Positions 11,301-18,741 of a stretch of DNA of 58,329 bases are shown here, piece after piece. The notes beneath the pieces were generated by a model, which saw only the letters and a program-made list of their open reading frames with translations, ran no database searches and had not been told where the DNA came from. Each line of letters opens with the position of its first letter. Positions within the stretch are counted from its first letter, which is position 1. This DNA is from a virus (Duplodnaviria; Caudoviricetes), in the IMG/VR virus record IMGVR_UViG_3300033997_000384, positions 1 through 58,329 of that record, one strand, 5' to 3'. A program made the translations under genes and the position numbers.

Positions 11301-11452
11301 GCGCGAGTCTCCCGGCCAGCAGGAACGCGCGGCAGGACTACCTGCTCGAAGTAGAGTTGGCGGGCACGCTCTTGGCGCTCTGGGGCCAGCGCGCGGAATT
11401 GCTCGCTGGCTGCCACGTCCGCCCAAGGGCGGGGTTGGCCGTTGTTCTGCAT
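2321..11452 (-). CDS. Giant polyvalent internal virion/ejected protein (InPase, LPD5/LPD1-like with zincin HEWFH, second HExxGH motif, PRTase, LPD38-like)
   Basis: 3043 aa; GNYKKG..IENP..YGYI..GADG..DV..DEHK (InPase); KIEDFGEKIGGARKD; HEWFH; YWTTPHEMAARAF; HEEVGH; LILDDTLTQGGT; WEKDSYW..PKPFEVG. Confidence 0.9.
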   Translation of the reverse strand: MQNNGQPRPWADVAASEQFRALAPERQERARQLYFEQVVLPRVPAGRETRARELYDQDTLGTLSQPTADRGEVGAMDFVKEAGAGLLKGTGAIVSGVGDMVRPEDRGLSNTLPDGTELPKIKSLRELAADAIDPAARAAGGWLDEKGQAVADSKSQAAKDALAQSTPTGDVLAPETWDFGEDPSAAGYGLQMAGLVGQFAPQAGVLIATRGKSGQAQSTAMMATGGLQAGGAAANEVEQRIAETSDLDLLANSSVYREMRRQGASEEEARQKLAIIARDGAFGGAAPVGAVGGLATQFTLGPLQKMVGGGVGQRLAAGLVFDAPAEGLQEVAETVAARASTNEALGEQRSLTADTFGDAVLGALGGAGHASLGAAMGEGKAPTRQQGEADADFENTPEPAALPAPGLAGLPPPEQVFYGDSQGNVQDTGPVRNVDGEQQPAQQARNWVNPQNDPANLGGGPGMDQQTPRGEQAPLEGQLQLGARQQQAEQQRDPVTIDAEPERAALPAPETIVVDAEGNAKRGPVAPQVPTEQVQGGRGMDQQAPTAQPRDRSQGELLRKPNGKPFDAPKGAEASKAFREARAAGREPRVIRVQGGYAIQVQPEAVRHEMRPLDMKANEAATSPTNDLAAPTAAQIEAGNYKKGKVRVHGLELSIENPRGSERSGRRQDGSEWRHTMSDHYGYIRRTTGADGEQVDVYLGPQEESGQVFVVDQLNQQDGSFDEHKVMIGFPDEESAVAAYRSNFDADWQMGKVSAMPVAEFKQWLKGGDLAKPAAPARQEPGRAKPAASKGPRRKVDRDRDSLLQATIRLGGLKTEWREDTTGDSKGNKHVPGVGALWSDKTGTSIDDMASLLDQHGYIPAGEMDNLGGVPWLQQALRDELNGTTHFAAGSKAQQEQMERELQQRYADEIEREQQRFEAYIAQVEEEHGVDVANRVREHLEAAKAHDEQLLAEAQRYEDEYDEREESRAESLEYGAGAAGREALAGEPLRQADGGQDRQQRASARPGPREAGKGEPFGLEQQTERSLTEQAAQQRAAEQAEAEAQRQAEQKAQADRDRADFTLTGSDRPADVAEARGQNDMFAPRTRGEAKAKIEDFGEKIGGARKDRAVSTGPRTGRTAESDTRPAWARRFEISEVISSTNPADVGRWEVRDSRLKDWKKQPKKVGSYATREEAEQAIPLIAVALKHRVVSQRQGDGDGFEIWRTISDYKRVKVVDQVFPSREAAMEYMALNAQQIIETNTTFGEADLPRPANAQRIGAARRDGPVKDSAFIETFGFRGVEFGNWNNQEERQQLLDDAYDGLLDLAEVMDIPPKAISLNGELALAFGARGHGLSGARAHYEPGKVAINLTKMNGAGSLAHEWFHALDHYFGRQDGKASAEWVIDEDGTRSLKTSGNFEREAVSSGFKRTGSGVRSEVRLAYQELMDTMQHKAEQYVEDTARADNFVARSRKEVADRLDRLRADLAEQKDPKYWKRHNKPATAEQLAAFDTVAQQILDGVQLETELRSTKPDAKLSRRNAFSGMRWTNDALEQISAIYKAVRGRSGFSADSNGELDRLRGVMGHYSSRLKMLAEAQEGEQKTRRVPTQFAMDAKELDQGRGTDYWTTPHEMAARAFQGYVEDKVAEQGGSSPFLNYGPEQAAIPTPWGWKRPFPTGAERKAINQAFDKLVDAIETRETDAGVQLYRQGGEQQEGTEQGVQVSADQLREALKASPELAGVEVVQDFEDLPLSTRTRAKRDGVAPQDLRGVRSSGKTYIVAGNHSSLADAIYTAVHEEVGHRGIRGLLGEELDTVMERLYSSQQATAKGRQRIGQIRDAYASVLERLDAKQQRVLVAQEMVAHLLEDGDRPTMLQRVLSKIRELLRQLFPQVPWTYTDILALGEQSRAWLRRQNGHQGADQAVLYSRRGWSKEFPDTVLAHPLSFLNNHPDYEAAKAGDDAAALRVARDAVTPEFVEQVRALIPDGSQPRIVPVLAVEGAGKNRIPLMAAEVLAQRLGLETDTAPVQAEKVGRTQSSALERIANQPTFAGKVAAGDYLILDDTLTQGGTLAQLKTHIEDNGGRVVGAVALTGKNYSRKLSLDPSTLAEVRGKYGSIEPWWRDTFGYGYEGLTQSEARTLLTFDKGQLSPERLRDRIAAARDEGLFRVDEGAAADRSGTEAHLDPDENLYSLAGARRPHVADAHPDLNADEQDALRKIAPRTVRQRAIDWYREHTDRLMTKLRRGLVDKYAALKEMDEELHGADFLQSSITSSAWVLARMAPAAAGALNAMMHNGRIVLDQQQKVIGMRDDGSMGLGEVFSRLGDAAEIERFMGWIAGNRAAKLAAEGRENLFDAKDIAALKGINRGTTADGRVRSKVYDEVFREFQQYRDDVLAIAEQTGIISPESRAMWRDEFYVPFYRVMDEEAKAAGPRAAKGLSRQEAYKKLKGGKQNLNDLLENTLMNFHHLLTASLKNQAAQQAIANAEQLGIAKQVPEAARDPKSSTFVLKAGERVFYQVDDALVFEALTSLADPGLNNFAVRAMAMFKRVFTNMTTITLQFIVANYLRDTMQAAATSPVSKNITVNMFQGGMTWANKKERARMLASGAAFSFGHIYGADPEEVKAGLRRGLRGAKLVDGPKLVPQLLTAGWDAYNAFANAAENSNRAAVFAQNQEHGLLRAAYEARDLMDFSQEGAWPAVRFLIRVVPFLNARLQGLDKLYRSGVKPSVLVAFGQGTASDRQAAARFGVVTGALALASIMLYLANHDDERYRKLEDWEKDSYWVFFINGGQYNLPKPFEVGAVSTLAERLAEQAIDDKASGKLFRDRLWAMVTQTFAFSPVPQAFQPALDVYANKDAFTGRPIESAGMEKVSPTLRARASTTAPAHLISEATSVLGDDFTLSPLQADHLIQGYLGQVGGWGAGIIDTIWRTAKGEDEPAKRWHEYQPIRRFYKDLGAPAPYDRYSTLFYEGLKESGRVYADVKRLQELGRMDEARELVGEKRDILAMRKPLGQVQRQLSAINARMDIVRLSAWDGERKRRELDRLQVIKNRLTEMAGKRIETVRADD
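4972..5190 (-). CDS. Overprinted +1-frame small ORF at the end of the PRTase domain (start uncertain: GTG 5190 or TTG 5217)
   Basis: Last 35 codons 30/35 G/C-ending versus 12/35 in the main frame (hand count); charged helical sequence. Confidence 0.55.
   Translation of the reverse strand: MANTAALNLGGVTPSATATKASPNQKLERSSRSTRDSYRLSDSEIESLRREMKASSEWMKEQLRIDPELKHI
8371..8571 (-). CDS. Overprinted +1-frame 66-aa ORF inside the giant gene
   Basis: GAGGA RBS then ATG; 57/66 G/C-ending codons versus 29/66 in the main frame (hand count). Confidence 0.65.
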   Translation of the reverse strand: MTSEKKAEPKALSTEQEQLAEKLWQESPYGKLMADKIASSERLRDLAREKLAKANHSDSNSRPSEA

Positions 11453-11488
11453 CGATGCCTCCCGGCAGTGATGGGATTGTTTCAGCTC

Positions 11489-12730
11489 TTACCAGAGGCC
11501 CTGCAGGTCGCTGTCAGCGTTCTGCTGCTCCTCGCCCAAGGCATCATCGCTCTGCGGGCTGGGCGCTGCAGGCATCCCCTGCTGCTGGCCGCCGTTCAGG
11601 TTATCGTAAAGCTGCATGCCCTCCTGCATCAGGCTGGCCATGTTCACGGGATTCGTCATTTTCTCCGACTCGCCCATGCTTGCTACCTTGGTCTTCGCGT
11701 AATCCATAGCGAAGTCCTGACGACTCTTACTCCTCGCACCGTTCGCCATCGTCCATGCCTGTTCCGGGGTATCCGCAATGCCCGAGTCGTGCAGCCACTT
11801 GGCTGTCCTGACCGAAGCAGGCGCGTCCTTGTCGTCGAACTGATTGACGAAGCCAAGGCGCTGGCCGAGTGCCACGGCGCGCTCGCGCCCGCCGGACGAC
11901 TGCAGCACACCCTGCAGCGACTTGTACCCAGCCACGCGGTTGACCAGATCCTCGATCGGCACCTGCATAACCTCGTCGTCCTCGGCGGTACCGCGATTCT
12001 TGGTCATCGGTGCGTTGTAGGCCTTGCCGTCCTCGCCGACGACCTCCAGCTCGAAGGCCAGGGTGCCCGGCTTCTGGCCCGGGTAGACGCCAACGATGCG
12101 CTTCTTACCGCCGTCGCCGCGCTGGATGTTCGGGCCGAACATGTAGTTGATGGCCTCCAGCGACTGGGGGTCGTTGGCATCGGCCGGATTCTTCGGGTCC
12201 AGCACCTCGGCGGCGCGCTTCACCGCCGCATCCATGCGCGGATCGGCCACATGGTTGGGCGCCAGCCACGGGTAGCGCTTGAAGGTCTCGATCTCGTCGT
12301 CGCCCAGCTCCTGGCCTTCGGCGATCTTGCCGTAGCCGGCGCGCAGGATCTGCATGTCGCGCTCCTCGTCGCGCTCCTGCCGGCGCATGCCCAGCTCCTG
12401 CTGCTGCAGACTGAACCGGCGATCATCGGCGCGCATCTGCCGCTCGAACTGCTTGCTGGAAATATCCAGCTGCCGCTCGTCCAGCGCATGGCGCTGCTCG
12501 AACTGGTGCTGCTGCTGGCCAAACTGTTTCTCGTCCAGGCCGAAACGGCGCTCGGCCAGGTCCCGCTGCTGCACCATCTCGCGCTCGCGCATGTCCAGGC
12601 CGCGCTGCTGCATGGCGATCTGCTCGTCGGCATTCTGCTGGGCAGCCTGTCGCGCCTGGTAGTTGTCCATCAGCTGGAAGCCTTCGCGGAAGCCGTCCCA
12701 GGCGCCGCGCGTATCAAGTCCGCTCATCAT
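11489..12730 (-). CDS. Putative ejection/internal virion protein
   Basis: 413 aa, Gln/Arg-rich coiled-coil N-terminus, directly before the giant gene. Confidence 0.7.
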   Translation of the reverse strand: MMSGLDTRGAWDGFREGFQLMDNYQARQAAQQNADEQIAMQQRGLDMREREMVQQRDLAERRFGLDEKQFGQQQHQFEQRHALDERQLDISSKQFERQMRADDRRFSLQQQELGMRRQERDEERDMQILRAGYGKIAEGQELGDDEIETFKRYPWLAPNHVADPRMDAAVKRAAEVLDPKNPADANDPQSLEAINYMFGPNIQRGDGGKKRIVGVYPGQKPGTLAFELEVVGEDGKAYNAPMTKNRGTAEDDEVMQVPIEDLVNRVAGYKSLQGVLQSSGGRERAVALGQRLGFVNQFDDKDAPASVRTAKWLHDSGIADTPEQAWTMANGARSKSRQDFAMDYAKTKVASMGESEKMTNPVNMASLMQEGMQLYDNLNGGQQQGMPAAPSPQSDDALGEEQQNADSDLQGLW

Positions 12731-12736
12731 CCCCCC

Positions 12737-12988
12737 TTACATGAACGAGCCGGCCAGCAGGCCGACAGCGCCGCCGATGGCAGCGCCCCACGGGCCGCCG
12801 ACCTGGGCGCCCATCATCGCGCCGGTGGTGGCCATGCCGACCTGCGACTGCCGGCGCTGGGTCTTCTGCGCCTGCTGTTGCTGATCCTCGAAAGCCTTAT
12901 TTTGTTGCTGCTGCTGATTCAGCTCCTTCAGGCCTTGCAGCGCCTCGCCTTCCATCTGCTGCTTCAAGCCAAGTAGTCCGTAGGACAT
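12737..12988 (-). CDS. Small virion protein with glycine-zipper C-terminus
   Basis: GAMMGAQVGGPWGAAIGGAVG. Confidence 0.7.
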   Translation of the reverse strand: MSYGLLGLKQQMEGEALQGLKELNQQQQQNKAFEDQQQQAQKTQRRQSQVGMATTGAMMGAQVGGPWGAAIGGAVGLLAGSFM

Positions 12989-12991
12989 GCG

Positions 12992-13429
12992 TTACCCCTG
13001 CTGTACTTGCCCGGTGTTCGGGATGTTGGAGAGCCCCATGCCGCCGGCGAGGATCTTGTCCTGCAGGTCACGACCGGCGATGGATGCCTGGTTGTAGGCG
13101 GCGGCTGAGTCTGCCGCGCGGCCGAGCGAGAGCTTGCGCTGCTCGGCCTGCTGCTGCGCGGGCGTCAGGTTCAAGCCCAGGCCCTGCCGCTGCAGCTTCA
13201 GTGCTTCGCCGGTGTTGGCGTAGCTGGTGTTCACCGCTGCAGCAGCGACATTGCCCTGCTGCTGAGCGAACTCTGGCGACTGGGAGAGCTTGGCGAGCCG
13301 GTCGATGTACGGGCGGAACCGCACTTTCCAGTCGTCCCACTGGGCGCGGTATAGCTGGCCGAGCACGTCGGAGGCGCCCTGATCCCCCTTGAATGCCGCC
13401 TGCGGGTCGATGTAGATGCCTGCCATCAC
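12992..13429 (-). CDS. Putative internal virion protein
   Basis: 145 aa, coupled in the late operon. Confidence 0.65.
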   Translation of the reverse strand: MMAGIYIDPQAAFKGDQGASDVLGQLYRAQWDDWKVRFRPYIDRLAKLSQSPEFAQQQGNVAAAAVNTSYANTGEALKLQRQGLGLNLTPAQQQAEQRKLSLGRAADSAAAYNQASIAGRDLQDKILAGGMGLSNIPNTGQVQQG

Positions 13430-14088
13430 ATGTTCCTCACGTAGGCCGGGTTATTGGTCAGTGGCTGGGTCTGCCCCTGCAGGTTGAGTCCGGCCCCGCT
13501 GCTGCTCGGCGCGGTCAGCTTGCCCATGGCGAAGTTGGCGCCTGCGCCGGCGATGCCGCCGAGCAGCTGCAGGTTGGCCGAGCGCCGGTTAAACGAGGTC
13601 GCCGACTCCTGGCGCGCATCGGCTGCGGACTGCGAGGCGATGTCGCTGAGCCCGTTCTGCGCCTGGCCGGACTGGCCGGAGCCGATGGCCACGACGTTCT
13701 GCAGACCGCGGATCTTCTCGGTGGTCTGCTGGAACTGGGCGCGCCCCATGGTCTCACCACCCTGCTGGGCGCTTTCCCCGGCATAGTCGGCCATGGTGCC
13801 GTTCCAGCGGCCGCTGTTCGGGTTGATCCCACCCTGCCCCAGCTGGTCACCGACATCGGCCAGTCCCTTGCTGAGCTGAGCCTGCGACGCCTGGGTGGTC
13901 ACCCCGCGCAGGTAGCTCATGCGCCCCTTCGAGTCGAGGTCGTCGACTCGGGACATGTACTCGTCCTCAAGCGGCGCCAGCACCTGCTGGGCATAGTTCC
14001 ACTTCTCGGCCGCCACCTTCGCCGCGTAGCGCTGCTCCGGGGTGTCCTTGATCGTGTTGTCGGCCTCGTCGCCGCCGCCTCCGCTCAT
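13426..14088 (-). CDS. Putative DNA-transfer/ejection protein
   Basis: MSGGGG N-terminus and Ala/Gln/Gly-rich body typical of podovirus ejected proteins. Confidence 0.7.
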   Translation of the reverse strand: MSGGGGDEADNTIKDTPEQRYAAKVAAEKWNYAQQVLAPLEDEYMSRVDDLDSKGRMSYLRGVTTQASQAQLSKGLADVGDQLGQGGINPNSGRWNGTMADYAGESAQQGGETMGRAQFQQTTEKIRGLQNVVAIGSGQSGQAQNGLSDIASQSAADARQESATSFNRRSANLQLLGGIAGAGANFAMGKLTAPSSSGAGLNLQGQTQPLTNNPAYVRNM

Positions 14089-14555
14089 GCAGTGGCCCTC
14101 CCTTGGTCGAGATCATCGATGTAGCCCTGCAAGCTGTCCTCGTGGAAGTGCATGCGCACCGCCTCGGAAACCTGCTGCATCCAGGCCATGCCGCCCACCA
14201 GGTAAGCGCACTGCACCACCAGACTGGTCAGCTGGTCACGCAGCACGAACGCAAGGGTCCGGCCGTGGTAGTCGCCGCGCCGTTCCAGCTTCACGCTGTC
14301 GCGCCAGTCCTGCAGCGCGGCTGCCATCAGCGGGCGCAGATAGGGCTCGTGGGTTCGGTAGAAAGGATTCGCCGGCAGTTCGATCAGCGCCTGCCAGAAG
14401 GCGTCGTAGACCTTCTCGTCGGATACGAGACGGTCCTTGTCGATCAGATCGTCAAGGGTCTGAGAGATGCGAAACAGGGTCTCGCAAAAGAGGATTGGCG
14501 CGGACTGTCCCTGCAGCACCTGCTGCAGAAACTCGCGCTCGTTCGAGCGTGGCAT
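14085..14555 (-). CDS. Helical phage protein with DDxxD motif
   Basis: 156 aa, TLDDLIDKD, GGAG RBS. Confidence 0.7.
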   Translation of the reverse strand: MPRSNEREFLQQVLQGQSAPILFCETLFRISQTLDDLIDKDRLVSDEKVYDAFWQALIELPANPFYRTHEPYLRPLMAAALQDWRDSVKLERRGDYHGRTLAFVLRDQLTSLVVQCAYLVGGMAWMQQVSEAVRMHFHEDSLQGYIDDLDQGRATA

Positions 14556-14595
14556 CGTTGTCTCCCGACAATGAATGAGCCAAGGATAGCAAGGG

Positions 14596-15471
14596 TCAGG
14601 TCCGGCTGAAATCAGCCGTCATCAGCCCCCAGCCGTTGAGGGCCGGCGCGTTGGTTCCTGAGTGCTGGAGAACGCCGAGGCTGATACCGAGTCGCAGGTA
14701 TGCCCGGTCGCTGGTATGGAATCCCACGAAAGGCGCAACAGTCAGCTTGCCCCGGTTGCCAGACCAGCCCAGGTCCGCATCTACCTGCATCATGTTGAGC
14801 GCCGACAGCAGAATGCCCAGCTCGCCGTCACGCGCGCCCCAGGGGTGCCGATAGATGTGTGCGATTGCGTCCAGATCCTTCTGGGGGTTGGCTATCGAGT
14901 CGCCCATGTAACAGGCCATGGCCGGGTTCTTCAGCACGCTTTCCAGAGTCCAGCCGGTGAGCAGCTTCCGGAATGGTGTCAGCTTCCAGCCGGAGTCGAA
15001 CACCAGCCGGCCATCGGCCGCCCAGATACGCATCCCCCACTCGTCATTCGAGCGTGGGGCATCGAAGCCACATACGCGGTACTCCCACCCGGTGTGCACG
15101 CCGGCATAGAGGTAGTTATCGATGGCGCCGCCATCGCCGAGGTAGTTGAAACGCAGCGACGCAATGAACACCACCCGAAATCCAGTCCATAGCCCAGGGC
15201 CACCCACATGGCAGAACATGCCGATGCCGCCGCCTGGATTACCCGCAGCCGACGGCACAGCGAACACGAACGGTGGCGCCTGGGTGCGGATCGGTTGGGA
15301 GTACACCACGTTGCATACTGCCCAGTGCGGTCGGCTGTAGTAGCCGCCGTAGGTTTCAGGCACATGGTGGGTTACCCGGATATCGCCTCCCTGCAACTGC
15401 GACAGCACCGGGTTGGTGTCATCGATGACCAGGTTGCCCTGCTTTCCGCGGGCGAAGAATCCGTAGCTCAT
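14596..15471 (-). CDS. Tail tip-associated/receptor-binding-like protein
   Basis: MSYG...LVID and WGMRIW..DGRLVFDS motifs of genes that follow J-like fibres. Confidence 0.65.
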   Translation of the reverse strand: MSYGFFARGKQGNLVIDDTNPVLSQLQGGDIRVTHHVPETYGGYYSRPHWAVCNVVYSQPIRTQAPPFVFAVPSAAGNPGGGIGMFCHVGGPGLWTGFRVVFIASLRFNYLGDGGAIDNYLYAGVHTGWEYRVCGFDAPRSNDEWGMRIWAADGRLVFDSGWKLTPFRKLLTGWTLESVLKNPAMACYMGDSIANPQKDLDAIAHIYRHPWGARDGELGILLSALNMMQVDADLGWSGNRGKLTVAPFVGFHTSDRAYLRLGISLGVLQHSGTNAPALNGWGLMTADFSRT

Positions 15472-15887
15472 ATGGTCGCGAACAGGTAGACGGTCATGTT
15501 GCCGCTGAAGCGGGTATGTGGCATCGGTGGCGAGACCAGGATCGCGCCGTCCACAACCTGGAACTCCGGCATTCGCGCGATGCGGCCGGAGTTGTACTGC
15601 ATCTCCGAGTTGCTCACCCGCCGCGCCTCACAGAGCCCTGTGGCAAACACCTCACTCGGATAGTCCCCGTGCCAGTACTTCCAGGAGTTGGGCAGGTTCC
15701 AGACAGCGTGCGGGGTGGCGCACGCGAACATACCCGCCCTCGCCTTTGGCGCAGGCAGCGCGTAAGTGCTGGCTGAGTCCATCGCTGGCAGATAGAGGGT
15801 ATCGATCAGTCGCACCGTGAAGGTGTCGGGATCGAGGATGGTGCGCCCGTAGGCGTCCAGCACCAGCAGTCCGTACTGCTCACTCAT
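15468..15887 (-). CDS. Tail tip-associated protein
   Basis: YGLLVLDAYGRTILD motif, ATGA-coupled to the DUF1983-like gene. Confidence 0.65.
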   Translation of the reverse strand: MSEQYGLLVLDAYGRTILDPDTFTVRLIDTLYLPAMDSASTYALPAPKARAGMFACATPHAVWNLPNSWKYWHGDYPSEVFATGLCEARRVSNSEMQYNSGRIARMPEFQVVDGAILVSPPMPHTRFSGNMTVYLFATI

Positions 15888-17095
15888 GCGTTCAGGTTCC
15901 CGAGCTGCACCCGCTTAATGCCGTTCTGGTCGAATATCTTGATATGGGTGTCGCGGATCTCTTGGCGGCCAGAGGTGCCGGCGCTGTTCAGCTCCAGTCC
16001 GCCGTTCTTGTCCAACTGCCAACGCGGCCGCCCGTTGGCCCCCTTCTGCGAGGACTTCAGCACGCCAGCGATGTTGGCATCGGTGACCCGCAGCTGGTCG
16101 ACGTCGAGCATGTCGGCGCGCAGCAGGCCGGCCACGGTGGTGATTGGTTTGCCGGCGGCATCTATCAGCTTGCCGAAGGTGATGGGGCCCAACTGGCCCT
16201 CTTGGATCGAGGCGTCGCGAATAAACGCCGCATCGATGTAGACCTTCCCGTCCACCACCATGAACGGCTTCACCGCGGACTTTTCGGCACCAGGCCGGGC
16301 AATCCAGAAGCGGTCGGCGAGCACGGCGAAGTCGGCGGTCTTCCCGTCGTTGTATGCGCCGAAGCCGGAGACATAGCCGTTCACGTCCAGCTTGAGGGTG
16401 AACTGGGCAGACAGCCCCTGCACCACCTCGGCCTGCTGCTGGATACTCGTGCCGAAGCCGTCGAGGCGCGAGCGCAGGGCATCTTCCAGTTGCGACTCGC
16501 CGAGCTGGCCGGACAACTGCCCCAGCAGGTACTCCGCGTCGGGCAGCGGCCTGGCGAAAGTGCCGTTCGGCGAGTTCGGCGGGCCTTCGATATTGGACGT
16601 CGTGGTGAAGGTGGCCCAGTAGTAGAACCCGGGCATCTCCAGCGGATTCTCGACGCTGGCCGCGTCGTCGCGCACCTTGTCGCTGTAGAACATCCCCGCC
16701 TCGCGGCCGATCAGCTCGGCCTTGCCGAAGTCGTCGACCTCGGCGCGGTAAATGTTCGTGAAGGCGTGGTTGCCGTAGACCTCGTGGGCCGGATCCCAGC
16801 TCAGGTTCACCATGCCGAAGAAACTGCCCTCGGCAAGGAACCCGGACGGCGCGGGCGGCACCGTCATGTCAGGCGTCGGATAGCTCGGCAGCAGCCCGCC
16901 ATCGGGGTTGCCAGGTACACGCAGCTTGGCCACGCCGCCATCCAGCAGGTCGCTCAAGGTCAGCTTGCGGTCCAGCTTGTTGCCCCGCACGCCTTCGCCG
17001 GTCTCGATGATCTCCTTCATCGCCTGGAACAGCGGGCGCAGCTCAGCCGGCACGTTTGCCGGCAGCGCCGGCAGGGTCGTTCTCTTTGTCGTCAT
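15884..17095 (-). CDS. DUF1983/TipJ C-terminal-like tail fibre protein
   Basis: AQFTLKLDVNGYVSGFG..FAVLADRF..PFMVVDGKVYIDAAFIRDASI..RVQLGNL. Confidence 0.8.
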   Translation of the reverse strand: MTTKRTTLPALPANVPAELRPLFQAMKEIIETGEGVRGNKLDRKLTLSDLLDGGVAKLRVPGNPDGGLLPSYPTPDMTVPPAPSGFLAEGSFFGMVNLSWDPAHEVYGNHAFTNIYRAEVDDFGKAELIGREAGMFYSDKVRDDAASVENPLEMPGFYYWATFTTTSNIEGPPNSPNGTFARPLPDAEYLLGQLSGQLGESQLEDALRSRLDGFGTSIQQQAEVVQGLSAQFTLKLDVNGYVSGFGAYNDGKTADFAVLADRFWIARPGAEKSAVKPFMVVDGKVYIDAAFIRDASIQEGQLGPITFGKLIDAAGKPITTVAGLLRADMLDVDQLRVTDANIAGVLKSSQKGANGRPRWQLDKNGGLELNSAGTSGRQEIRDTHIKIFDQNGIKRVQLGNLNA

Positions 17096-17115
17096 CGGTG
17101 CCTCACGGCAAGCGG

Positions 17116-18741
17116 TTACACGATCTCGGCGGCCGAGGTTGCTACCTGGATCGACTGCACCTCGCGCGTGCCCTCGATCTCGATCTCCCAGTCGCGGGCA
17201 TCAGCATACCCGGACGGGAGACGCACCAGGTGCTTGTCCTCGACCTCCAGTTCAGCGGCGATCTCGCCGTCGGCCAGCAGCCGCAGGGTCACCGGATAGT
17301 CGCGGGCGATCACCTTGGCACACGAGAATGCCCCCGCGCCCGGTGGCAACTCATACACCTTGGAGCGCCAGCGCATTGGCATCGCCGCGCCCTTCCCCCA
17401 GCCGACGATGCTGTTCCCTTGGATCAGGCACAGCGTGTCCTTTTCCAAGTCGAAGTAGCCACCGCTGGCACTGACGTCGAAGAACTCGAAGCCATCGCTC
17501 GGCGAAAAGGAGAAGCACCCGCCCTGGTAGAACGCCAGGTAGCGGCCGTCGTAGCGGTATGCGTGGATGGTTGCCGGCTGCAGAGCCTGCCATTGCTCCT
17601 TGGAGATGGCCTGCTCGGTCAGCAGCTTAGCCTCACCGCCACCGACAGCGACCAGCCCGTTGGGCGACGCATACAGTGCGTAGTCGCCCATGTCGACCAG
17701 GGAGCGCCTGGCAACGCACGGCAGCAGCTCGTCCAGCAGCGAGTCGGCCATGCCGGCCGGCGAAGAGCCGGTGATCAGGTGCGGCCTGCCGTTGGTGGCC
17801 ACCACCAGCCCGCCGGCAACCGCGGCGATGCCGACTACCTTCTCGGGCATGGCGACCTGGTAGGACACCGGCCAGGCGTGTGGGCGGAAAGCCTCGCTGA
17901 AGCACACAGTGTTGTCGAAGAAACCAGCCATATAGCCGCCCGGCAGCGCGGTCAGACCGACCATACGCTCGTCCGGCATGTCCCACTCCAGAGACGGCAG
18001 CGAGACGCCCATCTGCTCGCTGAGCACGGCGTCGGTGTAGCTGCCGGTCGCCGCCGGCACAGTGGCGACTTCCTGGAACACGCCGGCGGACTCTGCGCGA
18101 TAGATGCGTTTGCTGATGATGTCGTGCGGCCCGCTCGGCACCGGCGGCAGGGCCACCACCAGGTTTCCACCGGCCGGCGCGCCGGACACCATGTCCCAGC
18201 GCAGCATCGCCGTGCTCGGCGGGCTGGGCGGCCCCTCCTCGCCGAAGCGAGTGATCAGGGTCACCACATAGACTGTCTGCACCGCAGTAATCGGCTGGTC
18301 CTTCACAGGCACCCGGTTGTCCGGCGCGGATACGACTGGCGAGCTGGCAGGCGCCGGCACACCCAAGCGGAAGCTACTGCTCGGATACGGCGGCGAACCA
18401 GCGGTGATCTGGGCGATGCCGCCCATCTTGGGATAGCCATCGCCGGTCCAGTAGACGCGGCTCCAGGCGTCGTCCGCCAAGAGCGACTTAACGACGTCGA
18501 CCAGCTTGCCGCCGCCCCAAACCATCCAGAAGCCTGCGCCGTTGTTGCCGTGCGGGTAGCGATAGAGGCTCGACGGAGAGAGCACGCTGGGCAGGCCGGT
18601 CAGCTGCGCAGGCGCGCGCTCCGGCTTCAGGGTGCCGCGGCGCAGGTAGACGTTTCGCGCGACCTGGGCGTTTTGCTCGGGCAGCAGGCGCTCGTCGACG
18701 ATGGGTAGCTCGCCGCGAAATGCGGCCAAGGCCAACTTCAT
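17116..18741 (-). CDS. Tail nozzle/packaged-DNA stabilization protein
   Basis: 541 aa beta-rich; FRGELP start, FSE..PHAWP and WRSK motifs; position. Confidence 0.7.
   Translation of the reverse strand: MKLALAAFRGELPIVDERLLPEQNAQVARNVYLRRGTLKPERAPAQLTGLPSVLSPSSLYRYPHGNNGAGFWMVWGGGKLVDVVKSLLADDAWSRVYWTGDGYPKMGGIAQITAGSPPYPSSSFRLGVPAPASSPVVSAPDNRVPVKDQPITAVQTVYVVTLITRFGEEGPPSPPSTAMLRWDMVSGAPAGGNLVVALPPVPSGPHDIISKRIYRAESAGVFQEVATVPAATGSYTDAVLSEQMGVSLPSLEWDMPDERMVGLTALPGGYMAGFFDNTVCFSEAFRPHAWPVSYQVAMPEKVVGIAAVAGGLVVATNGRPHLITGSSPAGMADSLLDELLPCVARRSLVDMGDYALYASPNGLVAVGGGEAKLLTEQAISKEQWQALQPATIHAYRYDGRYLAFYQGGCFSFSPSDGFEFFDVSASGGYFDLEKDTLCLIQGNSIVGWGKGAAMPMRWRSKVYELPPGAGAFSCAKVIARDYPVTLRLLADGEIAAELEVEDKHLVRLPSGYADARDWEIEIEGTREVQSIQVATSAAEIV

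Noticed and set aside
9629-12976. 1115-aa plus-strand ORF, and similar long antisense ORFs (23023-25308, 26505-28292, 17056-18708)
   Set aside because: Shadow frames of GC-rich minus-strand genes; no motifs and typical antisense composition
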